A DNA stretch of 64,000 nucleotides from a virus, in the IMG/VR virus record IMGVR_UViG_3300022925_002539, positions 37,580 to 101,579 of that record; one strand, written 5' to 3'. Numbering within the stretch: the first letter of the stretch is position 1; each line of letters opens with the position of its first letter. The notes under the pieces were generated by a model. It was not told the origin of the DNA, did no database searches, and saw only the letters and a list, made by a program, of their open reading frames with translations. Positions 1 to 9,821 of this stretch are shown here, one piece after another. Made by a program: the position numbers and the translations under genes.

Positions 1-64
1 AAAAGACATCAGAAGAGTAAGTTTCATAGAGGCAATGAAACTGTATTAAATTATGTTAAAACAG

Positions 65-92
65 TTGACAAAGCATAATAAGACACTACTAT
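65..92 (+). promoter_or_regulatory. sigma70-like early promoter
   Basis: TTGACA-16 nt-TACTAT upstream of ORF 123. Confidence 0.6.
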
Positions 93-122
93 TAAACTTT
101 AACAAACCTAAAGGAAAATAAA

Positions 123-419
123 ATGGGACAAATTCTAGATCTTTTTGAAAACGACAACAACTCTACAGGTGTTAAACAAATTAGTATGCCAGCTTACCAA
201 ACAAGTGACGGGAAAATCTTTTATACAAAAGGAGAAGCAGAAGATTATGAAGCTAGTGAACAACTAATCAAAGATCTTGTTAACAACTATCAAACATGGA
301 ATAATCCAAATCAAGTTGGCGGATGGACTCTACGAGGTATGGGAGACGAATTTGTAAGAGCAGATTGTAATACTTTAGAAATATACACTCGTTATATTGT
401 TTCGCAAATAAAAGGTTGA
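123..419 (+). CDS. hypothetical protein
   Basis: 98-aa ORF with AAGGA SD after a promoter. Confidence 0.7.
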   Translation: MGQILDLFENDNNSTGVKQISMPAYQTSDGKIFYTKGEAEDYEASEQLIKDLVNNYQTWNNPNQVGGWTLRGMGDEFVRADCNTLEIYTRYIVSQIKG

Positions 420-443
420 CAAAACATAAAAAGGTGCTATAGT
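416..443 (+). promoter_or_regulatory. sigma70-like early promoter with extended -10
   Basis: TTGACA-16 nt-TATAGT with TG before the -10. Confidence 0.65.
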
Positions 444-471
444 AATAATATAGTTAGAAAACGGAGAGAAG

Positions 472-1053
472 ATGAAAAAGACGATAGTTGTAGATTGTGA
501 TGGAGTAATATGTAATTGGGAATATGCCTTTGATATTTTTATGGCAGAACTTGGATTTAAGAGAGTAAAAGATAGTAATTTAATTTACAACATTGGTGAA
601 AGATACGGTGTAGATAAAACACAAGGTAAGAAACTTATTAAACAGTTTAATGAAAGTGCAGCAATTGGTTACCTTCCTCCACTTAGAGATGCAGTACAAT
701 ATGTTACAAAGATGGCTGAAGAAGGTTGGGACTTTCATTGTGTTACAAGTTTGTCAACAAACAAATATGCACAGAAACTAAGGAAGATGAACTTAGCAAA
801 ACTTTTTGGAAAAGATACATTCAGTGTTGTAACTTGTATAGGCACTGGTGCAGATAAAGATGATGCACTTTCAGTTTACAAAGACAGTGGTTACTTTTGG
901 GTAGAAGATAAGCCTGAGAATTGTTTAGCAGGATTAAAGCAAGGAATGAAACCGTTGCTAATGGAGCATGGTTTTAATATGCATGATAAAGACTTTCCAT
1001 TAATGAAAAATTGGAAAGATATATACAACTATGTAAATAAGAACTTAGTATAA
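472..1053 (+). CDS. HAD-superfamily 5'-nucleotidase-like phosphatase (T4 gp30.2-like)
   Basis: DxDGV motif I (VDCDGV), VTS motif II, VEDK motif IV; GGAG SD. Confidence 0.8.
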   Translation: MKKTIVVDCDGVICNWEYAFDIFMAELGFKRVKDSNLIYNIGERYGVDKTQGKKLIKQFNESAAIGYLPPLRDAVQYVTKMAEEGWDFHCVTSLSTNKYAQKLRKMNLAKLFGKDTFSVVTCIGTGADKDDALSVYKDSGYFWVEDKPENCLAGLKQGMKPLLMEHGFNMHDKDFPLMKNWKDIYNYVNKNLV

Positions 1054-1063
1054 GGAATACATT

Positions 1064-1423
1064 ATGAACAAATTTATTGCAGACTGTTGGAATGCAGTGA
1101 TGAATGATAAACGTAATCCACTGGCTAATATTCCTGATCTAAACACTAGACACATGGTAATGCAGGTATTAGCATGGATGTGGTGTATTATTTTTTCAAT
1201 GAGTATAGGTAGTATTACAGTGTTTGCATACAGTGCAGTTGCTCATAGTCTACTGCTTGCAGGAATAGTAATCACAGTGGGCACGTTTGAATTAGCCAAA
1301 AGACGTCCTACATTCTTTTTAGATAAAAGGTACCATACACCTAGCAGAAGCAGAGGCTATATGTGGGTAAACGGTAAAAAAGTCATACTGGATAAAAATG
1401 ATCCAGGTGGCGAACACGAATAA
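1064..1423 (+). CDS. hypothetical membrane protein
   Basis: two hydrophobic segments; AAGGA SD. Confidence 0.7.
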   Translation: MNKFIADCWNAVMNDKRNPLANIPDLNTRHMVMQVLAWMWCIIFSMSIGSITVFAYSAVAHSLLLAGIVITVGTFELAKRRPTFFLDKRYHTPSRSRGYMWVNGKKVILDKNDPGGEHE

Positions 1424-1429
1424 AATTTA

Positions 1430-1506
1430 GCACCAGTAGCTCAGCTGGATAGAGCATCGGTCTACGAAACCGAGGGTCGGAGGTTCGAATCCTTCCTGGT
1501 GCACCA
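1430..1506 (+). tRNA. tRNA-Arg(ACG)
   Basis: canonical cloverleaf: GCACCAG/CTGGTGC acceptor, TCGGT-CTACGAA-ACCGA anticodon arm, GGTTCGAATCC T-arm, encoded CCA. Confidence 0.97.
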
Positions 1507-1513
1507 ATTTTTC

Positions 1514-2044
1514 TTATTCTAAAAACCCATTAGGTGCACGGAATAATGCTATTAAAGGACATGTAATAACAACACCATCATCGCCACCCCAAACGATAAT
1601 ATCATAAAAATCCCCAGAACTTTCGTTCCAGTCTGCAGGAATTTGATCTCCTGTAACATTAGTTGGTATAGTTCTTCCCTGAAAATTATCATAATTTGTA
1701 AAATCAGTAACTGTAACATCAGTTGTCCCATTATATGCTTTAAAAATTCCATCTGTGTCTTTAGTAATATATCTTATACCATTTATATGTACATTTCTAT
1801 CAGTATCTGAATCTACATAATAATCATTTACTAAAACTACTTTAATAGTACATGTCACACTTCCATCACTATTAGGATCAGGTAGTCCTGTAGCATCAAA
1901 AGAAACAATACTTGGTGTATCACGTGATTCAGCAGAAACTTCTGCTTCTGTTAATATTTGAGTATCATTTACGAAGACATTTATTTTAGCATTTTCGCTG
2001 CCTTCTTTATCTTGCCAACACCTTAGTGCAAATTTATAATCCAT
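1514..2044 (-). CDS. beta-rich protein with a putative Ca-dependent carbohydrate-binding motif
   Basis: NDYYVDSDTDRNVHINGI resembles the ND...DRNLxVDxI signature of Ca-dependent CBMs. Confidence 0.5.
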   Translation of the reverse strand: MDYKFALRCWQDKEGSENAKINVFVNDTQILTEAEVSAESRDTPSIVSFDATGLPDPNSDGSVTCTIKVVLVNDYYVDSDTDRNVHINGIRYITKDTDGIFKAYNGTTDVTVTDFTNYDNFQGRTIPTNVTGDQIPADWNESSGDFYDIIVWGGDDGVVITCPLIALFRAPNGFLE

Positions 2045-2081
2045 GAATTAAGTCTCCGGTTTTAAAAATGTTATAACACCA

Positions 2082-2825
2082 TTATTTATCGCCGTAGATG
2101 TCTAAAACTTCTGCAACTGCAGGATGTCTTTCGATATCTTCGTGATCAAATTTACTTACAGATATATATTCACTGTCTAAATAAGCATCGTATAACTTTT
2201 GAAAATCTAATAAGCCATTTTCATACTCTTTACGATCTGTTTGTGCTATATCACCTGTAACAACCATTCTACTGTCATCACCTATACGAGTGAGTAACAT
2301 CTTCATTTGACTAGGTGTAGCATTTTGCATCTCGTCTGCGATAACAAATGCATTTTTAAATGTACGTCCTCTCATAAAAGCAAGTGGACTAACTTCTATT
2401 ATACCCTCTGTAATCATAGTTTGTATTTGTTTTGCAGTATAATATTCTCTTACTACATCAAATATAGGCTTTGTCCAGGGTTCCATTTTTGCATTTAAAT
2501 CGCCAGGTAAAAATCCGTGTTTTTCATCATCTACACCAACTGCAGGTCTCGTAATAATTAACCTATCTATAGTCTGCTCTTTTAGTGCTTTCACTGCCGC
2601 CAACACTGCTAACATTGTCTTACCTGTACCAGCAGGTCCTGTAGCAAATATAATTGTTTGCGTCGGATCTAATAGTTTTTGTATGTAATCTTTTTGATTT
2701 GGGTTGCGACCATGTATATGGACTTGTTTTTGTTTTTGTGCTTGTGGTAGGTAGTGAACGTTATTATTGATGTATTCAGCATGAGTTTCGTGTCTATGTC
2801 TCTGCTTACGGTTTTTTCTAGCCAT
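2082..2825 (-). CDS. phoH: PhoH-family ATPase
   Basis: GPAGTGKT Walker A, TRPAV, GFLPGD, FMRGRTF, DEMQN, LTRIG, GDxxQ, RHP motifs. Confidence 0.97.
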   Translation of the reverse strand: MARKNRKQRHRHETHAEYINNNVHYLPQAQKQKQVHIHGRNPNQKDYIQKLLDPTQTIIFATGPAGTGKTMLAVLAAVKALKEQTIDRLIITRPAVGVDDEKHGFLPGDLNAKMEPWTKPIFDVVREYYTAKQIQTMITEGIIEVSPLAFMRGRTFKNAFVIADEMQNATPSQMKMLLTRIGDDSRMVVTGDIAQTDRKEYENGLLDFQKLYDAYLDSEYISVSKFDHEDIERHPAVAEVLDIYGDK

Positions 2826-2981
2826 TTATTTGCTATCTCCTGTTAATGTTATAGAGAAGCAAATTTTTTAATTGATTCATGAAGACTCTTGCCTCCCTTT
2901 CCTAACTGTATTTAAATCACACTATTAGTAGATATAATACCATATATTAGTTATATACGTATATAATGGATAAATAATTTT

Positions 2982-3515
2982 ATGCTTCCAGAATTAATAT
3001 TTTTTACAGGTGTGCCAGGCAGTCGTTGGAGTGGTATTGCACAGGAGATCAAACAAGACCCAGCTTACGATACAACAGACAGAGCGCCACATAGAGTTTA
3101 TACACACAATAAATTCTCAGGACATCGAGATGCTTATTTTGGCACAGGCATGGAGTTTGATTGTAGTTTATTTGCAAGCAACCTATATGCACCTTTTTCA
3201 GGTACAGGTACTAAATTACTAATGAGTCATGAGTGGCCATATTATTTTTCAGAAATACAATATCAATATCCAGATGCTTGGATACAACTAATATATAGAG
3301 CAGACCAACCTAGTATGGATTGGTGGTTACAAGCCGGAGGTTTTACAATTACATATCCTAACTATGAATGGTATGAAAATATAGATACTATGTGGGAAAG
3401 AATATGTGAACAAAATCAACTTATACTTGACTTTGCTCAGAAACATAAGTTACAATGGAAACAACATCATAAACACAGTGATATTTTCATTACTACATAT
3501 AAAGGTAAACCATGA
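2982..3515 (+). CDS. hypothetical protein, possible sulfotransferase-like P-loop fold
   Basis: N-terminal FFTGVPGSRWS resembles a P-loop/PAPS-binding start. Confidence 0.5.
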   Translation: MLPELIFFTGVPGSRWSGIAQEIKQDPAYDTTDRAPHRVYTHNKFSGHRDAYFGTGMEFDCSLFASNLYAPFSGTGTKLLMSHEWPYYFSEIQYQYPDAWIQLIYRADQPSMDWWLQAGGFTITYPNYEWYENIDTMWERICEQNQLILDFAQKHKLQWKQHHKHSDIFITTYKGKP

Positions 3516-4195
3516 ATCATAAAATCCTTAACAAACTAGAACAGATGATACACGTATCACCTCAACTTCTACGAAATCCAAATACCATGCGTCAAGCAAT
3601 ACAGGCCACATTTAATGTAACTGTAGAAGATGTTGAGTACGAAAACATTGGACAACTAGTAGATAGAATTGATGATAAAGTGTTGGGACATTATTTTGCC
3701 AATGTTTGGCAAGGAGAAATGTCAAAATACAAATACAGTGGTCCAGCACTAATAGATGAAATAAACAAACTGAAACCAAGACATGTTCTAGATATTGGAT
3801 GTGGATACCATGAGTTCAAAGGCAAGATAGACAATATTATAGGGATTGATCCATATAATGATCGTGCTGATTTACAAATCAAACTATTAGATTACTATCC
3901 AGAAGAACGTTTTGATGCAATACTAGCACTAGGAAGTATAAATTTTGGTAGTACAGATAAAATATTTGCTGAGCTAGAACATGCAGTGAGTTTGTGCAAT
4001 CCAGGTGCAGTACTATTCTTTAGAGCAAATCCAGGACTGCCACATGATAAAACAGAATCAAACTGGATTAGTTTTTATCCCTGGGACGCCAACTTTGTAG
4101 TAAATTGTGCTAATCAACTAGGTGTAGACATATTGGATCTACGTACAGACAGTCATAAAAATCGACTGTACTTCGTTTGGAGGACAAAACAGTAA
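3512..4195 (+). CDS. class I SAM-dependent methyltransferase
   Basis: VLDIGCG motif I, GIDP, FDAILA. Confidence 0.85.
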   Translation: MNHKILNKLEQMIHVSPQLLRNPNTMRQAIQATFNVTVEDVEYENIGQLVDRIDDKVLGHYFANVWQGEMSKYKYSGPALIDEINKLKPRHVLDIGCGYHEFKGKIDNIIGIDPYNDRADLQIKLLDYYPEERFDAILALGSINFGSTDKIFAELEHAVSLCNPGAVLFFRANPGLPHDKTESNWISFYPWDANFVVNCANQLGVDILDLRTDSHKNRLYFVWRTKQ

Positions 4196-4545
4196 TGAAG
4201 TGGGAAATATTCCAAAAGAAATATACAAACGTAGGCTTATCCCCAGATGATAGACTATGGGAATATGATGCAGATGGATCACAAATTTATCAACTAAAAT
4301 GTGGATTTGGGTTAAAAACACTATGGGACGGTGGTCGTGCTTATTGGGAAAAAGATTTTGCACAAAAATGGAAAGATGCAAATGAACTATACTTTGCAGT
4401 AAAAGGACAACTTATACCTGATAGTTGGAGCCAAAAAGACGTAGATAGAATGGTTGATAATTATACCGCAAGACTTTGGGGAAACTGTGAACGTTTACCT
4501 CGTACTTCAGAAAAGTTTGAATCTGTCTGGAAAGAACATAAATAA
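4195..4545 (+). CDS. hypothetical protein
   Basis: start moved to the ATG overlapping the upstream TAA (TAATG). Confidence 0.65.
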   Translation: MKWEIFQKKYTNVGLSPDDRLWEYDADGSQIYQLKCGFGLKTLWDGGRAYWEKDFAQKWKDANELYFAVKGQLIPDSWSQKDVDRMVDNYTARLWGNCERLPRTSEKFESVWKEHK

Positions 4546-4552
4546 AAACATA

Positions 4553-4637
4553 CTACAACTAACGCTCGAATGTAAAGAAGTTCAGTTGTAGACTCCCGGA
4601 AATTTTTAAGGCACATTCGCATGTATGCGACTGTGGA
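4553..4637 (+). ncRNA. candidate structured cis-regulatory RNA (pseudoknot versus SD-masking hairpin) in the tctA leader
   Basis: CTACAACT/AGTTGTAG 8-bp stem; loop CGAATGT pairs with ACATTCG; competing hairpin CACA-T-TCGCA-TGTA-TGCGA-C-TGTG. Confidence 0.5.
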
Positions 4638-4643
4638 TTCTCT

Positions 4644-6074
4644 ATGATTGAAATGATTACAGCTTTAATGGCTGGCGTACTATATGGATTACTAATAGGC
4701 ATAATACCTAGTGCAGGTGCTACTACAGGTTTGGTTGCACTGTTTGGTTTTATCAGTTACTTTGTTCATGAACCATATTTAGGTGTAGTATTCTTAATGG
4801 CAGTGGTTGCTGCTAGTACCACAGGCGATAGTTTTACTTCAATATTGTTAGGAATACCAGGAGCAAACAGTGCCGCTGCTACTATGGTAGATGGCTTTCC
4901 ACTTGCACAACAAGGCAGAGCAAGTTATGCAATCAGTGCCGCCGTTACCACTTCAACAGTAAATGGTTTAATTTGGGGTTGTTTAGTGTTCTTATTATTA
5001 CCTTGGTATACAAACTTATTGATGATTATTGGTGTACCTGAACTTTGGGCATTTACTGTACTTGCACTAGCAACAGTTGGATTTATAAGTACAAAATTTT
5101 GGTTCCGTAGTTTGTGTGCAATTTGTATTGGTATATTTTTAGGCATGGTAGGAGTTAACCCAGAAACAAATGAGCCACGTTTTACTGGTAGTTGGTTTTA
5201 TTTAGAAGATGGTATACAACTTATGCCAGTAGTTGCAGGACTATTTGCTATTCCAGAATTAATTAAAGGACTGTTCAATAGAACTAAGACTGCCACTATT
5301 GTAAAAAGCGAATTAACAGAAGGTGTCAAAGAATTTTGGCGTAATCGTTGGTTAGGACTACGAGGCGGTTTTATTGGTGCTTTTATAGGTTTACTGCCTG
5401 GACTAGGAGGTGCTATGGCAGATTGGATGGCATACGGAAGTGCAGTCGCTAGTAATCCAAATGAACGTTTTGGTAACGGCAATATTAAAGGTGTTATAGG
5501 ACCAGAAGGTGCTAATAATGCACAGAAAGCAACAAGTATGATTCCAACAGTTTTATTTGGTATACCAGGTGCACCGTTTGCGGCAGTTTTAATGAGTTTG
5601 TTTATGTATCTAAATTTTGAATTAGGCACACCAGATTTAGCCTACGACACAGAATTTTTTACAAGTATGACATTTGGCTTTTTAAGTGCAACAGTTATAG
5701 TTGCAATATTGTGTATATTTTTAATAAAGCCAATTAGTTATATTACCAGTGTCCCTTACAAATATTATTTTCCTATTTTACTAGCAGTAATTGTATGGAG
5801 TAGTATGCAGTATACAGGAGGCTGGGAAGATTTTGTAATGTTAGCTGTATTTTCCTGCATAGGATTTGTTTGCAGACATTACAAATTTAGTAGACCTGCT
5901 CTACTAATAGGATTTATATTATCCGAAAAAATAGAAAAACTTTCCATACAGATGTTTGCTTTGTATGACATTGAAAGTTTAATTACAAGACCGATATTTA
6001 TGGTATTAGTTATTTTTATTATAGGTATCTTTGCATATAGTTTTATAAAGAAAGGAAAAATCGATTATGCGTAA
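4644..6074 (+). CDS. tctA: tripartite tricarboxylate transporter large permease
   Basis: polytopic membrane protein with two G(I/L)PG repeats, SILLGIPG...DGFPLAQQGRA, FGNGNIKGVIGPEGANNA. Confidence 0.93.
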   Translation: MIEMITALMAGVLYGLLIGIIPSAGATTGLVALFGFISYFVHEPYLGVVFLMAVVAASTTGDSFTSILLGIPGANSAAATMVDGFPLAQQGRASYAISAAVTTSTVNGLIWGCLVFLLLPWYTNLLMIIGVPELWAFTVLALATVGFISTKFWFRSLCAICIGIFLGMVGVNPETNEPRFTGSWFYLEDGIQLMPVVAGLFAIPELIKGLFNRTKTATIVKSELTEGVKEFWRNRWLGLRGGFIGAFIGLLPGLGGAMADWMAYGSAVASNPNERFGNGNIKGVIGPEGANNAQKATSMIPTVLFGIPGAPFAAVLMSLFMYLNFELGTPDLAYDTEFFTSMTFGFLSATVIVAILCIFLIKPISYITSVPYKYYFPILLAVIVWSSMQYTGGWEDFVMLAVFSCIGFVCRHYKFSRPALLIGFILSEKIEKLSIQMFALYDIESLITRPIFMVLVIFIIGIFAYSFIKKGKIDYA

Positions 6075-7128
6075 ATTTTTAATTGCATTATTTTTAATGC
6101 TTAGTACACCAGCACTTGCTGATTATACAATGATAGTACCACAAAAGCCAGGAGGAGGTACAAGTGTGTGGGCACAGATCGTGGCTACAGAAATGGAAAA
6201 ATATTTAGATGAAAAGATTGTTATCAAACACATTAGAGGTGCTAGAGACATTCCTGGATTCAACAAGTTTCACAATGAACTCCAAAATGATCCAAAAACA
6301 ATAATGGTATCTCATGGTGGTAATGGTGTAAGTTTCTTAAACGAAAAGGTAGATTACAACTATGCCGACTATGAAAGTGTAGGATTAATGAATCTAAATA
6401 TTATTGTTGCATCACGTAAGGATCATAATCCATACGGTGGAAAGAAAACTGCTTTTGCTGCTGGTAGTGGAATGATTCCAGAAGGCATTGCAATGACATT
6501 ACTAAAGTGTGGAGCAGGACTTACTACAGAACAATACATTGACTGTTTCAAACGTAAAGTAAACTGGGTAAAAGGTATGTCAGGTGGCGAAAGACGTTTA
6601 GCATTTAAACGTGGCGAACTAGACGGTACTAGAGAAAATCCAGCTGCTTTTAAAAAACATGTTCAACCTACTATTGAACAAGGCGTTGCAGGATTATGGT
6701 TTCACCATGGGATACTACAAGCAGATGGTTCACATGCTGATGATCCAAATTATCCAGGATATCAAATGGAGCAATTATTCTATGCAGCAAATAGAACAAA
6801 ACCAGAAGGTGATTTATATGCCGCCTATAAACTTGTAAAAAGTTTCCGTGATGGTATGCAAAAAGCACTATGGGTTGGAAAAGGAAATCCAAATAAAGCG
6901 AAACTAATCGCAGCATTAAAACAAGTTGCTACAAATCCTGAAAGTGTCAGTGCAGTAGAAAAGAAAGTTGGCAAGTATCAATGGCTAATTGGCAATGCCG
7001 GTGATGCTCATAGAGATACACTGATGAAACTTATTACACCTGAAGCATTAAGTACACTTGTGAAGTTTAATAACGAAGCATTTGGAATTAAAGCTGTGTA
7101 TAAGGATACATTACTTGCCCAAAAATAA
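6067..7128 (+). CDS. tctC: TctC/Bug-like periplasmic substrate-binding protein (divergent)
   Basis: signal peptide ending ALA, IVPQKPGGGTS motif, RGELDG; overlaps tctA. Confidence 0.75.
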   Translation: MRKFLIALFLMLSTPALADYTMIVPQKPGGGTSVWAQIVATEMEKYLDEKIVIKHIRGARDIPGFNKFHNELQNDPKTIMVSHGGNGVSFLNEKVDYNYADYESVGLMNLNIIVASRKDHNPYGGKKTAFAAGSGMIPEGIAMTLLKCGAGLTTEQYIDCFKRKVNWVKGMSGGERRLAFKRGELDGTRENPAAFKKHVQPTIEQGVAGLWFHHGILQADGSHADDPNYPGYQMEQLFYAANRTKPEGDLYAAYKLVKSFRDGMQKALWVGKGNPNKAKLIAALKQVATNPESVSAVEKKVGKYQWLIGNAGDAHRDTLMKLITPEALSTLVKFNNEAFGIKAVYKDTLLAQK

Positions 7129-7354
7129 TAGTGGCATCGTAGTTTACGTTAAATATGCGAGTGCAGTGGTCATACTTATTGCTATGATACTGCATGTCGC
7201 AGGCGTAACTCCATGGAATAGCATACTGCAAATGATAGGTGCTAGTGGGTGGATTTATGTTGGTTTTAAATGGAATGAACGTGCAATTATTCTTAACTTT
7301 TTACCACAGTTTGCGATAATAGTTCCTATGTTAATTTGGATGTACTTATTATGA
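7115..7354 (+). CDS. small membrane protein
   Basis: about 3 hydrophobic segments; TTG start after AAGGA. Confidence 0.65.
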   Translation: MPKNNSGIVVYVKYASAVVILIAMILHVAGVTPWNSILQMIGASGWIYVGFKWNERAIILNFLPQFAIIVPMLIWMYLL

Positions 7355-8088
7355 GAAAATTTGTAAACAAAAAACTTGATGATCCTAACGACTATGCCAG
7401 TAGTTGGGATTGGACTGTTGCACATAGTGATTACCATTTTGATGACACTATACAAGACCAACCAGGTGATTGGTTTGAAGTGATTGGTAGATTCGAAGGA
7501 GATTGGAAAGCGGAACGTGATAGACTTGTCAAAGCAACACATCCTGTAAACTGGTCAACACGTAAACATTTTGCACAAAAGAAAAAAGATCCTGAAATGC
7601 TTACTCAGGAAGAATATGATATTGCTCAAGCAGGCGGGGATCCAAAAGGATTAATTCTTACTAACAAAAATAGTTTTTCAGATTGGTCAGATTATCCAAC
7701 ATTATATAAAATGATGGATTACTTTAAACTTACAAGTGATGGTGTTAGTTTAGTAAAGTGGCAAGCACATATACAAATGACTGGACAAATGTTTAACAAG
7801 CACATTGATAAATTATGGGACAGATGTCCAGACGATCCAGAACGTGTAGTACGAATAACTATTATGTTAGATGACTGGCAACCTGGACATTTTTATATGT
7901 ACGGAAACTGTATGTACGATCGATGGCGTGCCGGAGAGGTACATGTATTTGATTGGAGTAATGTTCCACATTGTACTGCTAATGCTAGTAGTCATCCACG
8001 AGCAGTATTACAAATGACTGGACTAAAGACAGATCGTACAAGAGAAATTCTAGATAATGCAAACAAGGATAATATCTTTAAAATATGA
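7351..8088 (+). CDS. 2OG-Fe(II) oxygenase / Asp-Asn beta-hydroxylase-like protein
   Basis: HID facial motif, WRAGEV.VFDW, PHCTAN, RAVLQMTG; ATGA-coupled start. Confidence 0.75.
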   Translation: MRKFVNKKLDDPNDYASSWDWTVAHSDYHFDDTIQDQPGDWFEVIGRFEGDWKAERDRLVKATHPVNWSTRKHFAQKKKDPEMLTQEEYDIAQAGGDPKGLILTNKNSFSDWSDYPTLYKMMDYFKLTSDGVSLVKWQAHIQMTGQMFNKHIDKLWDRCPDDPERVVRITIMLDDWQPGHFYMYGNCMYDRWRAGEVHVFDWSNVPHCTANASSHPRAVLQMTGLKTDRTREILDNANKDNIFKI

Positions 8089-8771
8089 CAGTATTAATAG
8101 CAGGCGGAGATAGTTTTACATATGGTAGTGAACTACCAAGCCAAGAACATACCTGGGCAAATTTACTAGCAAAACGAAAAGGTTGGAATATTTGTAATAC
8201 TGCAAAACCTGGTTACTCTAATAGTGCTATTAGACGTAATGTCATGAATGCAGTAAATCAATATAAAGACTTAGATATTTATGTAGCAGTTATGTGGAGT
8301 TTTCCTAATCGTTATGAGTTTAGATTTGCATACGATACAGGACAACGTGAAAGTCCTTGGTATAGTATTAATCCTTTTACACCTCCAACATTTACAAATC
8401 AAACACATACAGATAATGCAGACTCTAAAGGTATTACAGAATTTGTAGGCAATTATGTCAAAAATATAGCAATTGACCCATATTGGGAAATATATAATAG
8501 CTGGTGTGAAATTGTTATGTTACAAAATTATCTTATCAAACATAACATCAGATATGTTTTTATGACAGTAGATCATACAATTTTTAAGTCGCAATTAGTA
8601 TTAGACACAACACTTAAAACACTTATTGCTGATATAGATATGTCAAAATTTATTGACCAGGAAGGAATGTTTACCTGGGCAAAACGTACAAAACAGGAGT
8701 TTTATACAACTCATCCTAAAGAGTCTGCACATATAGAATGGATAAATATGTTATATGATAGGATTGTGTAA
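8085..8771 (+). CDS. SGNH/GDSL hydrolase-like protein
   Basis: GDSFTYG block I, PGYSN, C-terminal HP..H. Confidence 0.75.
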   Translation: MTVLIAGGDSFTYGSELPSQEHTWANLLAKRKGWNICNTAKPGYSNSAIRRNVMNAVNQYKDLDIYVAVMWSFPNRYEFRFAYDTGQRESPWYSINPFTPPTFTNQTHTDNADSKGITEFVGNYVKNIAIDPYWEIYNSWCEIVMLQNYLIKHNIRYVFMTVDHTIFKSQLVLDTTLKTLIADIDMSKFIDQEGMFTWAKRTKQEFYTTHPKESAHIEWINMLYDRIV

Positions 8772-9298
8772 TGGATATAGTTGATATTATCAAAAATACT
8801 AAAAGTATTTACATGAGTGAGAGCAGTCTAGAAACTATGATGGACATTGAACGTGTTGTAGATAGTTTAGACATATATGCTTTTAAAAATTGGAAAAAAG
8901 GTGAACTAGTAGAAGGCCCTATACGTAAGAAGCATTGGGTTGAAGCAACCTTTATGTGGCCTAAGAAACTTATGCCAGATCCTGACGGGGCAAAACGTTT
9001 GCTTGGGTACAATGCAAAAGTTACATACAGAGAAAGTACAGTTGCTACACCAGTTAAAGTAGAAGATTACAGTGACTTTAGACCTGGAACTAAGAAGCCT
9101 AAGTTACGTGAAGATCCAGTTTGGCTAGTAAATATTAAATTACCTATTGAACTTATAAAAGAATTTCGTGATGGATATATGGACATTGAAGGTAAAGAAA
9201 TAGACGTTTCTGAAATTGATGATGCATATGAAGAAGGCTTAGATCAAGCAGAACTAACAAACTTGAATAAAGACAAGGATGAATTTGATGCCACTTGA
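8771..9298 (+). CDS. hypothetical phage protein
   Basis: 175-aa ORF, TAATG-coupled. Confidence 0.7.
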   Translation: MDIVDIIKNTKSIYMSESSLETMMDIERVVDSLDIYAFKNWKKGELVEGPIRKKHWVEATFMWPKKLMPDPDGAKRLLGYNAKVTYRESTVATPVKVEDYSDFRPGTKKPKLREDPVWLVNIKLPIELIKEFRDGYMDIEGKEIDVSEIDDAYEEGLDQAELTNLNKDKDEFDAT

Positions 9299-9818
9299 TG
9301 AACAGGATTTAGAAGGTCGTATTGAGGAAACTGTACACTTTGATGAATACAAGCCTAAGATGGGAACTGATGATGCAATTATAGTTGCAACATTCAAAGT
9401 GTTTGGTAAACAACCTGCAATGGATCTTGAAAGTTTTATTGAAAAAGGATATGACTGGGTAATAGATGCAGAAACTAGTGCTGGTGAAATAAGCGAAGGC
9501 AAGTATATTGTATTCGTTGAAGCAGAACGTAGAACACATTATCCTGCAAAGTTTATGGGTCTAATTGAAGATCTTAAAAATATTACAGATGTAGAAAACT
9601 GGCAGTTTATGTATTTTGATAGACCTGAAAGTAGAAAAAATGCAACACTTCCTCTAACACAAACACAGTTGGCATCATCTATTCCACTTAGTCCTAAAAA
9701 ATATAGAGATGCTAAACGTGCAGTAGCAACAATGGAAAGTATTCTAAACAGTGCAAGAGTGCCAAGAAGCAAAGGCGATATAGAACAATTCAAACCTTAC
9801 CAACCAAAAGAGAGATAG
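9279..9818 (+). CDS. hypothetical phage protein
   Basis: 179-aa ORF; start may be 9288. Confidence 0.7.
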   Translation: MNLMPLDEQDLEGRIEETVHFDEYKPKMGTDDAIIVATFKVFGKQPAMDLESFIEKGYDWVIDAETSAGEISEGKYIVFVEAERRTHYPAKFMGLIEDLKNITDVENWQFMYFDRPESRKNATLPLTQTQLASSIPLSPKKYRDAKRAVATMESILNSARVPRSKGDIEQFKPYQPKER

Positions 9819-9821
9819 TCA

